64,000 nucleotides of DNA. Source: Sedimentisphaerales bacterium. GTDB taxonomy: Bacteria; Planctomycetota; Phycisphaerae; Sedimentisphaerales; SM23-30. The translations under genes were made by a program, and so were the position numbers. Below the pieces are notes generated by a model that was given only the letters and a program-made list of their open reading frames with translations, was not told where the DNA came from and made no database searches. This document shows, piece after piece, positions 28,676-41,211 of this stretch. How positions within the stretch are numbered: position 1 is the first letter of the stretch; every line of letters begins with the position of its first letter. The DNA lies in NCBI GenBank assembly GCA_963663805.2, contig CAXXMR010000009.1:480001-544000 (forward strand), in the 5' to 3' direction.

Positions 28676-30034
28676 TTATTTCCGGGCGAGCATCTTGCCG
28701 GCCCGCAGATATTGCAGCAGCGGAATCTGGGCCGGACATACGTAAGTGCAGCAGCCGCATTCCATACATGCCATCAGGTCATACGCCCTGGCATCGTCGA
28801 TATTTCGGGCCTTGACAGCGTGGGCCATGCGGGTCGGTACCAGATTCATCGGGCAAATATCTACACAGCGACCGCAGCGAATACAGGTCGTGATTTCCAA
28901 ATCGCGAACTTCGTCATGGGTCAGCACCGTAATGCCGCTGGTGCCTTTGGTAATAGGAACATCCAGATTGATAGCCGTCGGCCCCATCATCGGTCCGCCC
29001 AGGAGCACCTTGGCAGAGTTGTCGGTCAGGCCGCCGCATTCCTGCAATAAATCGCTGAGCATCATGCCGACCGGCACCCGAAAATTACCGGGATTTACTA
29101 CCCCTTTGCCGGTAACGGTTACAATACGCTGAGTAACTGCCCTTTCTTCATAGCAGGCCCAGAGAATCGATGCGCATGTGCCGACATTACTGACCACCAC
29201 CCCCACATCGCTGGGCAGTCCGCCGGTGGGTACTTCGCGGTCCATTACCGCTTTGATGAGCTGCTTCTCACCGCCCTGCGGGTATTTTGTCTGGCAGATA
29301 GCGATCTGCACATCGTCAAACCTTTTAATTTCGTTCAGCATCGAGTCAATCGCATCGGGTTTGTTGTCTTCGATAGCGATAATGATTTTTTGGGCCCCTA
29401 CCGCTTTCTGGGCCAGACGGGCACCTGCCACGATTGTCGATGGTGCTTCGAGCATCAGGCGATGGTCGCTGGTCAGGTACGGTTCACATTCACAGCCGTT
29501 CAGCAATAGTGTATCGACTGGTTTTTCCGGATTGGGTGTCAGTTTGACCGCTGCCGGGAACGCTGCCCCGCCCTGCCCGACGATGCCTGCCTGACGAATC
29601 AAATCCAGAATCTGTTTTGATTCGTATTTGCTCACCTCAAAATCATCCGGGCAATCGGTCCAGACCTGATTTTCCGGTTGCTGCTGGCCTACCGTAATAG
29701 TGACACAGTTCACCCGACGTTCGTTGCCGCCAGTCGGGTCGCGCAGCACGGCCACATCCTTCACCTCGCCGTTGACCGGACTGTGGACCGGGGCCGAAAC
29801 GAAAGCCTCGGCACTACCGACCACCTCGCCGGCGGTTACCGCCTGTTTTTTCTCCACCGTCGGCTTGCAGGGCGCGCCGATATGCTGAGCCATCGGAATT
29901 AGCACCGTTTGACCGGGCTGGAGGTGAATTTGACGGACAGGGACGGATTCGCTGTATTTCTTCCGATGCGGAGGATGAACCCCGCCGGGGAAAGTACATT
30001 TTCCTATCACTTTTTTGAGTGCGTTAGCCATCAT
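28676..30034 (-). CDS. rnfC: Rnf complex subunit C
   Basis: GGVHP, NGCECEPYLT, YPQGGEK, GGPMMG, two 4Fe-4S motifs. Confidence 0.95.
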   Translation of the reverse strand: MMANALKKVIGKCTFPGGVHPPHRKKYSESVPVRQIHLQPGQTVLIPMAQHIGAPCKPTVEKKQAVTAGEVVGSAEAFVSAPVHSPVNGEVKDVAVLRDPTGGNERRVNCVTITVGQQQPENQVWTDCPDDFEVSKYESKQILDLIRQAGIVGQGGAAFPAAVKLTPNPEKPVDTLLLNGCECEPYLTSDHRLMLEAPSTIVAGARLAQKAVGAQKIIIAIEDNKPDAIDSMLNEIKRFDDVQIAICQTKYPQGGEKQLIKAVMDREVPTGGLPSDVGVVVSNVGTCASILWACYEERAVTQRIVTVTGKGVVNPGNFRVPVGMMLSDLLQECGGLTDNSAKVLLGGPMMGPTAINLDVPITKGTSGITVLTHDEVRDLEITTCIRCGRCVDICPMNLVPTRMAHAVKARNIDDARAYDLMACMECGCCTYVCPAQIPLLQYLRAGKMLARK

Positions 30035-30165
30035 AAGCCTGCTGATAACCTTAGTTTCCGTTTACCAAGTACGATAAACCAAAGAGGATAAACCAGACTC
30101 CCCCCCCAGGCAACCATATTTTTATCGACCGGTACAAATTACCCTAACTGCCAATGTGGTCGGCC

Positions 30166-31146
30166 CTATTTATCGAGGATGCCGAAGGCCATTATGGGCA
30201 TACCAGGGAACGCCGCCGAGGAATCCGAATGCCCCAGTACAAGTGCCTGCTCTTTAGCGGTGACGGTTTCCTGGAGTTTGCCGAACGCGTTGACAATGCG
30301 GGCGATAGGCTGGCCGGGCTGGACCTCATCACCAGATTTTGCCAGAAACCGGATGATACCGGTGCGGGAGACATAAGGTTTGTCGGAATAGCGCAGGACT
30401 TTTCCGCCGGTATACTGTTCCGGCAGCGGATATTGGAAAACCTGGTTCCGCGGCGCGATTAGCCCCAACTGAGCCATAATATTCCAGATGGCCTCCTGCC
30501 CATAAGCGACATTGATTTCACTAACGGTCTGGGCCCGTCCCAGTTCCAGTGTCAAGGCCGGCACATCCCGTATGATGAGGTTATTCGAAAGAGCCTTGTT
30601 GATTTCTTCGCTATCGGTAATAGAGCAGAAACCCGAAGCCTGAGCGACTTTAACCGCTTTCTGATAAGTAGTTTTGTGCTTCGGTCCGGGGTTATGGTCC
30701 AGCAGTGCATAAGGCAGGGATTCAATCCAGTCATTGTGCAAATCCAGCACCAGGTTAGGCTGGGTATCCATTATGGTAGTGAAAATTATATGGGCGATTC
30801 GCTCACCCAGCGACCCTTGCGGATTACCCGGAAACGAGCGGTTCAGGTCTTCGCGGCTCATCATGATATTGCGTGAGCCGGTTTCAAAGCCCAGCGGGTT
30901 CATCAGCGGAAAAGCGTGCACCGCCCCGCAAAGCAGCCGCGTCCGGATTTTGCGAAACACTTCCTGAATAATCACTATCCCCCCCACCTCATCGCCGTGA
31001 CTGCAAGCGGTAAGCCAGAGCACCGGCCCCGGCTTATCGCTAACCGCCGACATCATCGGCAGCCGCCGCTGGGCCAAATCAGAACCACTCAGAATCCGCA
31101 AAAACGAATATTTGATCTTCGGACGGGAATTATTTGCAGTAACCAT
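30166..31146 (-). CDS. succinylglutamate desuccinylase/aspartoacylase-family metallohydrolase
   Basis: HGDE, DLNRSFPG, LDLH. Confidence 0.85.
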   Translation of the reverse strand: MVTANNSRPKIKYSFLRILSGSDLAQRRLPMMSAVSDKPGPVLWLTACSHGDEVGGIVIIQEVFRKIRTRLLCGAVHAFPLMNPLGFETGSRNIMMSREDLNRSFPGNPQGSLGERIAHIIFTTIMDTQPNLVLDLHNDWIESLPYALLDHNPGPKHKTTYQKAVKVAQASGFCSITDSEEINKALSNNLIIRDVPALTLELGRAQTVSEINVAYGQEAIWNIMAQLGLIAPRNQVFQYPLPEQYTGGKVLRYSDKPYVSRTGIIRFLAKSGDEVQPGQPIARIVNAFGKLQETVTAKEQALVLGHSDSSAAFPGMPIMAFGILDK

Positions 31147-31243
31147 TATATCTTTCCATACAGGCCACAGTGAACCAACCAGGCAACCTGCCGGAATTAT
31201 AATTCTCCACTATCGGATAAGCAATTGATTAATTATCCTCAGT

Positions 31244-34200
31244 TCAGGCTCTACGCCGACGCCGCAAACCCAAACCGCCCAGCGCCAGCAGGACCAGACT
31301 TGCCGGTTCCGGGATGACATATTCGATACGCAGGGTATTGCTGTCAGCCATATAGACATCCCAGGCGTAATCATCCTCGGCCGTCATACTGATGCCCAGA
31401 TTATTGATACCCGTCGAAGCGACCAGAACATCGTAATAGCTGCCCTCGGTGGGCACGAAACCGTTCAGCAGGCTCACATCCAGCAACCCGCCCAAATCAA
31501 TCGGCCCGGTGATATTCAGCAGGCCCGCTCCGGTATCATCGACATTGACCATCAGCACACCGCTCTGGACCACATCGCCGATAATAGTAAATATCCCGGT
31601 CCCGTCGGCACCCAGCTTACCCTGGCTGGCGAAATCAACCTGGGCGACATTCAAAATACCCTGCCCCATCAAATAACCGCCGGCCTGATTAGTAAAGCTG
31701 TCACCCACGCAGGTCGTAGTCCCGGACAAAACATTGAAAAGACCGCTGTTGACATGGTCCGCGTCCGTAATACCCAGCGAAACCGTATCAGCGGCAGTGA
31801 ACAGCCCGCGATTATCAAGCTGCGTACCGATTGAGCAATATCTGCCCGCGGCATTGAAAGTATGTTCCGGCCCATTAATCAGCGTATCGCCGGCCTGGCT
31901 CTGATATAGCCTCTGGTTGTAACCGCCCGGCACATAATTCACACTGCCGGTTCCGTTAAGCGTGGCCGTGCCGTCAATTCTCAGGGCTACGTAATTGGAA
32001 GTACTGCTGCTAGGGTCATGCAGCTCGATAATGCCGTTGTTTTCCAGCGTACCCAAAATTTTCAGATTGCCGTTACCATAAACATTAACCTGGACACCAT
32101 CAAGCGTCATGCCCCCCGTCGCGTCCAGCACCCCCGTCGCGGATGTCGCCAGATTAAGCTGCCCGCCGCCGCTGATTGTCCCACCGGTTATAGTCTTGCT
32201 GAAAAGACTTGCCGTTGAACCGCTCTGAAGGTCAAGCGTGCCGTTATTCACAATATCCGCCTGAATGTCGATTCTGCCGCCATTACGGGAAATCAGCTTG
32301 TTATTATTTATTTTCTCGTTGGTACTCAGCGTCATGACCCCGTTATCGGCAATGACCTCACTGTTATTCACCAGTCGGGCCTTGACATCCATGTGGGCCC
32401 CGGACACAGCCGGGGCAGTAGTGATTGCATGGGAGCTCTGCAAAGTCAGAGTATAGGCCGGATCGGATGAATCCACAATATTATGATAAGCTCCCTGCGA
32501 AACTACTCGACCGCTGCCGCTAAGCTCAACATCAGAATCAATACGCAAAATGCTTAAATTAGAAGTGCTGGAAGAAACATCTATCAGATTAATATCCGCG
32601 TTATTTACCAGATTGCCCTGCACACGCAGCATGTCGGCACTGGCGACATTAACCGCCGAGCAGTCGAGAACCATGCTGTTCTGAGTAACCAGCGTTGCCG
32701 TTGAGCCAATTTCGATAGTACCCGCACCATTGACCAGCCCATCGGTAAGCGTCCCGCTGTTCAGAGTCAAAGCCGAATTCCCCAACAGGCTGATAGTGCC
32801 GGTATTAGTCAGATTAACGTTGCTGACGACAAAGCCGCCGTCCTGAGCGGTAAACTGGTTCCGGTTAATCTTGTCTTCCGTACTAAAAGTAATTGTACCC
32901 TGGTCAGCCTTAATCAAACCGTCATTGGCCAGGCCCGCCCGAAAATCAATCACTGAACCGGGGACAGACGAATTCGTGCTGACACTCTGGCTGCCGCCCA
33001 CGGTGAGAACACCGCCCGCCTGGCTTTTAATGATATTCTGATAAGTGCCGCCGGCAACGACCGCGCCGGCCCCGCTTATACTGACATCCCCGTCAATATT
33101 GATAATCGCGTAATTGTACGCACTTGAGGAACTGTCATAAATAGAAATCAAACCATTGTTCACCAAATCACCGCTGATATTCAACTGGTCACTAGAATTG
33201 ACATTAAACGTACTGTTGCTAATGGTCATATTGTCCTGCGTATCCAGGGTAACGATACCATTGACAAAAACCTCACCACTGCCGTCGAATGTGCCGCCGG
33301 TTAACGTGTTGCTGTTAAGGTTCGTAGTTGCGCCCAGCTCCGTACGAATGATACCGTTATTTACGACATCACTGCTGATATTCAGTGTACCACCGTTCTC
33401 AGCCTTCAGCAGATTATTATTGATTTTTTCTTCCTGGGTCAGGTCCAGGCTGCCCCCGGAAGCGACAATCTGGCCGTTATTGACGGTACGAGTACGAATA
33501 TCGAGGTCCGCCGATGCTGAGCTTTTGACCGTCTGGCTGCTGCCCAGCGTAAGCGTATCAGTGGCATTAACAGAGTCGATTATATTCTGATAGGTCGTCT
33601 CAGCGACTATTTCACCACTGCCGTTAATCTCGGTATCACCGTTAATTCTCAAAATACTGTAATTATAAGCGGATGAACTGGCATCATTCAGATGTATTTG
33701 GCCGTTATTGGTAAGCTCGCCGTTCACCTCCAGCAGACCGCCCGAAGGCACAACAACCTGAGTAGATGAATCAATCACCATCCCCGCCGACGCATCAAAA
33801 ACGTTTGTGCCGTTGATGTTAAAGTTCCCCGCCCCGCCCAGAGTGCCGCCGATGATTGTACTGCCGATAAGATTTGTATCCGCACCCGCCCCGGTATTCA
33901 GCCCGGCACCGACGGCATAGGTATTGCCAATAGTGGAAGAACTGATGCTGATTGTTCCCCCGTTGGAAGCCTGAACAAGGTTGTAATTTTGCATATCAAT
34001 GGAACTCAGCGTAATAACCACCGCCGCTGTGCATAGCGTGAATCAGACCATGATTGGCCACGTCAACGCTAATTGTCCCCTTGGTGCCAGCCGCCGAAGT
34101 GCGAACGGTCTGATTCGCCCCCAGAATCAGCAAATCATCCGTCCCGTCCCCACGTATCTGGTTGTGATAAACATTGCCAAATTCTATCGCCCCGGCCACC

Positions 34201-34625
34201 GCGGAGCTGTTACCCACCTGAACCGTACCCTTAATGGTCAGTTGCGAATAATTATAGGTGCTGCTGGAAGCATCATTCAGCGTTATCAAGCCGTAATTGA
34301 GACTGTCAGCGTTTAATACCAGATTATACCCGCTGTTAATGGTCAGGGAACTAGCCGCGTCCAGACTGAGGGCGTTAATTTCGCAGGTGCCCGAACCGCT
34401 GCCGACAATCACGCTATAGCCGTTGATATTGGCGTTATACTGGTCCGTAGCAGTGTTTTGCGGCACAACATCCCCCGTCCAGTTCAGCCCGTCCGACCAG
34501 CTTACCCCATCACCGCCGTTGTCCCAATACAGGTCAACCACCGCAGCCTGAGCCAAAGATCCAAAAACGACCATAAAGGTAACTGCGAATAAAAAAAATA
34601 AGGATTTCACTCTGGAATTAAACAT
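31244..34625 (-). CDS. large secreted beta-strand-repeat PEP-CTERM protein (frame break near 34020-34035)
   Basis: Signal peptide in ORF 33996-34625; repeats shared by both ORFs; C-terminal IPEPASLVLLALGGLGLRRRRRA. Confidence 0.8.
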
Positions 34626-34970
34626 TTTCGCCTCCGTTTCTCCAATTTTTCCCGGCCAATATCAACTGATCCTTAAACTGCAACGGCCATCGCAATCGTC
34701 ATAACTTATTATTTAAGCAAGTACTTAGATAAATACTTCCAGCTTAAAGAAGCAACACCGACATCCATACTACAAATTTTCGCCCAGGCTTGCAAGGTTT
34801 TTTTATAGGATATTTACCCTGCATATCCCCAAAAGATCGGCATCAGGGCATAAAGTCAATACGCACCGAGGGGCTGAGCGGGGATTTCAACGGCATCAGC
34901 CTTTGGCTGAAGATGTCAGGTGCGTATCACGCAGATAGATTAGCAACGCTCATCTGACTTATGAACAACG

Positions 34971-35972
34971 TCAATCAGCGGAGACTATTTCATCGATTAG
35001 CGTTAGCTCATCCTTATCAAAATTGAGATTATCCAAAGCCGCGACATTCTCTTCAATCTGAGAAACGCCGCTGGCACCAATGAGGGCTGATGTTACAGTG
35101 TGATTTCGCAGTACCCAGGCCAGGGCCATCTGTGCCAGCGACTGACCGCGTTGCTGAGCCAGCTCATTCAGGCGTATCAACCGCCCCACCAGCGCTGAAT
35201 CAATCTGCTCAGCCTGCAATGCCCCATGCGGTTTGGCAGCCCGGGAATCATCCGGGATATGGCCCTGCAAATATTTACCGGTAAGCAGCCCCTGAGCCAG
35301 CGGACAAAACGCGATACAACCAACCCCCTCACGTTCGAGGACATCCAAAAGGCCATCCTCAGCCCAGCGGTTCAGGATTGAATAATTCGGCTGATGAATC
35401 AAACACGGCGTGCCCAGCTCACGCAGAATCTCCACCGCCCGTTCGGTCTGCTCCGGCGGATAAGATGAAATCCCCGCGTAAAGCGCCTTGCCCGACCGCA
35501 CAATACTATCCAACGCCCCCATCGTTTCTTCCAGCGGCGTATCCGGGTCCAGCCGATGCGAATAAAAAATATCGACATAATCAACCCCCATCCGCCCCAG
35601 CGACTTATCCAGACTCGCGACCAGATACTTCCGCGAACCCCACTCGCCGTACGGACCCGGCCACATCAGATACCCCGCCTTACTCGAAATTATCAGCTCA
35701 TCACGATAACGCCCAATACCATGCCGCAATATCCTGCCGAAGTTCTCCTCCGCACTGCCCGGCGGCGGACCATAATTATTCGCCAGGTCGAAGTGCGTAA
35801 TCCCCAGATCGAAAGCCCGCTCCACCATCATCCGGCCATTGTCAAATGTATCGACGTCACCGAAATTATGCCAAAGTCCCAGCGAAATCAGCGGCAGCTT
35901 CAAGCCGCTGCGACCACAGCGACGGTAAATATCATCGTCATAACGCCCCGCCGCGGGTAAATAATCAGCCAT
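34971..35972 (-). CDS. aldo/keto reductase (MgrA/YghZ L-glyceraldehyde-3-phosphate reductase-like)
   Basis: SLGLWHNFG, FDLANNYGPPPGSAE, GPYGEWGSRKY. The true start is ATG 35972, not the ORF-track start. Confidence 0.9.
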   Translation of the reverse strand: MADYLPAAGRYDDDIYRRCGRSGLKLPLISLGLWHNFGDVDTFDNGRMMVERAFDLGITHFDLANNYGPPPGSAEENFGRILRHGIGRYRDELIISSKAGYLMWPGPYGEWGSRKYLVASLDKSLGRMGVDYVDIFYSHRLDPDTPLEETMGALDSIVRSGKALYAGISSYPPEQTERAVEILRELGTPCLIHQPNYSILNRWAEDGLLDVLEREGVGCIAFCPLAQGLLTGKYLQGHIPDDSRAAKPHGALQAEQIDSALVGRLIRLNELAQQRGQSLAQMALAWVLRNHTVTSALIGASGVSQIEENVAALDNLNFDKDELTLIDEIVSAD

Positions 35973-35985
35973 CACAAACCTCAAA

Positions 35986-36339
35986 CTAAGGACAATTTTC
36001 GTTATAAAGTTTCGCCTCTGCCAGACTGATAAAACCATCACCATCACTGTCACACTGGTGAACCTCATCATTATAGCGAGCATTAACCGACATCTTCTTC
36101 GAAGTATTCGTCGCACAAATGAAAGGTATAACCAACTGTTCCGAGCTTTCCTTATTGGAACACTTAATGCTCTTGCGACAATCATGGAAAAGAGCCGCCG
36201 CCTCATCCGACTCAAACTCCACCATCAACCGCTCTTCATCCGCCCGCATCGTAACATCCTTATTACCCACCACCAGACATCCGCTCAGATATGCCCCGGC
36301 CATAAGAGCAATTATCGCTGTCAGAAAATCTTTGCGCAC
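35986..36339 (-). CDS. small lipoprotein with EF-hand-like motif
   Basis: Lipobox LSGC; DSDGDGFISLAE. Confidence 0.65.
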   Translation of the reverse strand: MRKDFLTAIIALMAGAYLSGCLVVGNKDVTMRADEERLMVEFESDEAAALFHDCRKSIKCSNKESSEQLVIPFICATNTSKKMSVNARYNDEVHQCDSDGDGFISLAEAKLYNENCP

Positions 36340-36381
36340 GGCATTCCCTTTCAAATTAAAACGAACCAACAAAGAATACCC

Positions 36382-36723
36382 TTAAGGGCCGACTACTGTA
36401 TACGTAACGCTGTCCTGACGAACCCGGAAAACCGGCCACAACAGAAATGCTTCGCTGCAATCGAGATTGTCAATCAGAGTAACCTTATGCTTGCCCGGAG
36501 CGGCATCGGCAGGAACCACAAACGAGCCGGGACAAGGGTCACTGATTACATTACCATCCCACTTGAGAACGGTCGAAGAGGCATCCCCGAACATCCCCGA
36601 ACATGTAATATAAACCGGCTGGCCAGCGGGGCCTGAAGCGGGGTCGAGTTTCACAATCTTTGTGCAGCCGCAGCTTAACACCATAACCATCACAACCAGC
36701 GCCAATACAACATTTTTTTTCAT
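36382..36723 (-). CDS. small lipoprotein, Ig/IPT-like
   Basis: Lipobox SCGC; LDPASGPAGQPVYIT. Confidence 0.6.
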   Translation of the reverse strand: MKKNVVLALVVMVMVLSCGCTKIVKLDPASGPAGQPVYITCSGMFGDASSTVLKWDGNVISDPCPGSFVVPADAAPGKHKVTLIDNLDCSEAFLLWPVFRVRQDSVTYTVVGP

Positions 36724-36959
36724 TCTTACTGCCCTTTCAACTGTACTTTTGCAATTCCTGTTTACTGCGTTCGCGGGCAACTACCCCAAACTTAAAAACC
36801 AAACAGAGCATCCACTCAAAAAAAACAACCAGCGACACCCAGAACGGCACGCTTCCAAAGGACTATAACCATAACTCCCGTAAATGGCAAAGCTAATTGA
36901 TAAAAATAACCATTTCCTAATCATATTTCTGGGCCGACCAAATGCCCCCCCCATTAGCG

Positions 36960-36987
36960 TTGACGACTACCTCTTAGACGCTATAAT
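36960..36987 (+). promoter_or_regulatory. sigma70 promoter for ndk
   Basis: TTGACG-16-TATAAT. Confidence 0.6.
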
Positions 36988-37046
36988 GCTGGTATTGTTG
37001 CAGAGTAAATAAATTTTTTGTGAATAAAATTACAGGAGTCCTCCCC

Positions 37047-37508
37047 GTGGAAAGAACCCTAATTATCCTCAAACCTGACGCAATCCACAGGCAATTGATG
37101 GGACAAATAATTTCACGCTTTGAGCAGCGCGGCATCCAGCTGATTGCCTGCAAATTTATACGAATTACCAGAGAAATCGCCGACCGCCATTACGAAGAGC
37201 ACGTCAATAAACCTTTTTTCCCCGGCCTGCTGCAATATATGACCAGCACCCCCGTTCTGGTGATGGTTCTACAGGCCGACGGCGTTGTTGCCATGGCCCG
37301 CAAGATGATGGGCGCCACCTTTGCTGGCAACGCCGAACCCGGCACGATTCGCGGGGATTTTGGCTCTGCCCCCAACACCTACAATCTCATTCACGGCAGC
37401 GATTCACCCGAATCAGCCCAACGAGAGATAGATATTTTCTTCAAACCCGAAGAAATTTGTGACTATGAGATGGCCACTACCCCGTGGCTGCGTCCCCAAC
37501 CTGAATAA
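37047..37508 (+). CDS. ndk: nucleoside diphosphate kinase
   Basis: ERTLIILKPDA, PGTIRGDF, HGSDS; GTG start after AGGAG. Confidence 0.95.
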   Translation: MERTLIILKPDAIHRQLMGQIISRFEQRGIQLIACKFIRITREIADRHYEEHVNKPFFPGLLQYMTSTPVLVMVLQADGVVAMARKMMGATFAGNAEPGTIRGDFGSAPNTYNLIHGSDSPESAQREIDIFFKPEEICDYEMATTPWLRPQPE

Positions 37509-37527
37509 TTATTACGAGGAAAACCAA

Positions 37528-37878
37528 ATGCAGATTCGCCCCAAAGACCAGCAGGAAGCCGCAACCGTAACCATGGAAGGCGTCAAAAATGTCACTTGCC
37601 GGGTACTCTTCGGCCCCAAGGAGAACGCACCTAATTTCGCCATGCGTCAGTTTGACCTCGGCCCAGGTGGCCACACACCCTACCATGCTCACCCATTTGA
37701 GCATGAAATAATCGTCCTCAAAGGCCAGATTGAATTGAAGCACCCCGAAGGTGGACACATTCTCAACCCCGGCGATGCCGCCATGGTCCTGTCCGATGAG
37801 ACGCATCAGTTCCAGAATACCTCCGACACCGAGCCAGCCACCATGATTTGCCTGGTGCCCGTGGAATATCAGAAATAA
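37528..37878 (+). CDS. cupin-domain protein
   Basis: GGHTPYHAHPFEHE...HQFQN. Confidence 0.85.
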   Translation: MQIRPKDQQEAATVTMEGVKNVTCRVLFGPKENAPNFAMRQFDLGPGGHTPYHAHPFEHEIIVLKGQIELKHPEGGHILNPGDAAMVLSDETHQFQNTSDTEPATMICLVPVEYQK

Positions 37879-38094
37879 TTTAGTCGCAATCGCTAGTTAC
37901 ATAAAACACTATTCGGGTGGCACCTTCTTGCGCAGCAAGGGGATGGTCTTCGCCGTTGCAAGCTTTCCCCAACCTTTGGGAAAATTAATATTTTTGTTGC
38001 CGTTAAAAATCTGCGTAATCCGCGGTTAAATATTTTCGTTGTTGTTATTTAAAATTTCCAGTTTATCTGGCTTAGAATTTAGAATCAGAAATAA

Positions 38095-40143
<2,049 letters not shown>

Positions 40144-40261
40144 TCACTCGCCGACAGCAGCTTCTCTGCAAGCCGGCAGCGTAACACAAAAAGTACTGCC
40201 TTTGCCCACTTCGGCTTTAACTTTAATACTCCCCTTATGCCGATCCAATATCCGGGGAAAG

Positions 40262-40374
40262 GAAAGGTGTCCGGTACATTTTTTGCTTGACATTTCCGGC
40301 AGTCCTGTTATCTTCTTGTTATGGGCAGACGTAAGCGTATAACTTTAGGCGGTTATGTTTATCACGTCATCAAT
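40262..40374 (+). pseudogene. stub of a Y1 (IS200-like/RAYT) HUH transposase with its leader
   Basis: AAAGGTGTCCGGTACATTTT end-like motif; TTGACA-16-TATCTT then ATG 40321; MGRRKRITLGGYVYHVIN stops before the expected RG..R continuation. Confidence 0.6.
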
Positions 40375-40394
40375 ATGATTATCAATGGTCCAGC

Positions 40395-41078
40395 TTTGTT
40401 GCCCGCCGCGAAAATAATCATCGGTATTCTTGTTCTTATTGACAAAATAAAAACCCACACCCATCATCGCTGCCAGATAAACGATCAGAACGGTATAATT
40501 GACAATGCCGAAACTGCCGCTGCTATTGGTGAGTCGGCCCTGCCATATATCCTGATTGCTGTATAACAGAATAATACCGTCATCGGTTTTCAGTGCGGAT
40601 GAGACTTGGCCGAACCGGGGCTGTGTCCCAATTTTCCGCCAGGTATTGGTTATGGTGTGATACGCGTAAATGGTCTTATTCGAGGCGGAAAAATCTTCCT
40701 GTCCATTCTCACTGTCCATAACAAAAATATGACTTTGGCCGATATCTATCGCCGCAGAAGCCGCCCGCGGTTCGGGTATGTCCGCCTTGACGGTCCAGCT
40801 ATCATTTAATAGAGAATATTCATAGACATCTGTCAGATATTCTACTTTGCCGGTTCGGGCATTTTTATTTTTACCGCCGATCAGATATAGGCAATTTTCC
40901 CGGCCATTATGCTGAGCGCAAAGCAGGGGGGCAACCCTTGCCGGCCCGGGGCAAATGGCCAATTCCTGCCATTGCTGATTTTGCCGGTCGAGGTCCAGCA
41001 TTCACGAGTGATTCTGTGCGGTATCGATACTTAATCCGGTTTGACCTCCGGCTGCATATATTTTATTGTCAAAATTGG
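40395..41078 (-). pseudogene. internal fragment of a Kelch-repeat/sodium:solute symporter fusion gene
   Basis: Kelch blades (KIYAAGG, LYLIGG, WTVKADIP), then SSS TM1 and DDYFRGG. 5' cut by IS21, 3' cut near 40395, in-frame TGA at 41002-41004. Confidence 0.75.
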
Positions 41079-41211
41079 TGATTAGCATTGAAAATGGAGC
41101 CAGATTTGCGGGTTTTCTCTTCTGAAAAAGCATCGAAAAAGGAGCCACTGTAAAAGGCCGATAAGATGTGTTTAAGATACGTAACATTTTAGACACAGGA
41201 GGCTTAGAAAG

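Noticed and set aside
34885..34900. CTGATG..GAAA as a hammerhead ribozyme core
   Set aside because: The core reads CTGATGC, not CUGANGA, and the three-stem geometry is missing.
41002..41004. In-frame TGA as selenocysteine or recoding
   Set aside because: It sits at a typical Kelch Trp position in a gene truncated at both ends; simple nonsense decay.
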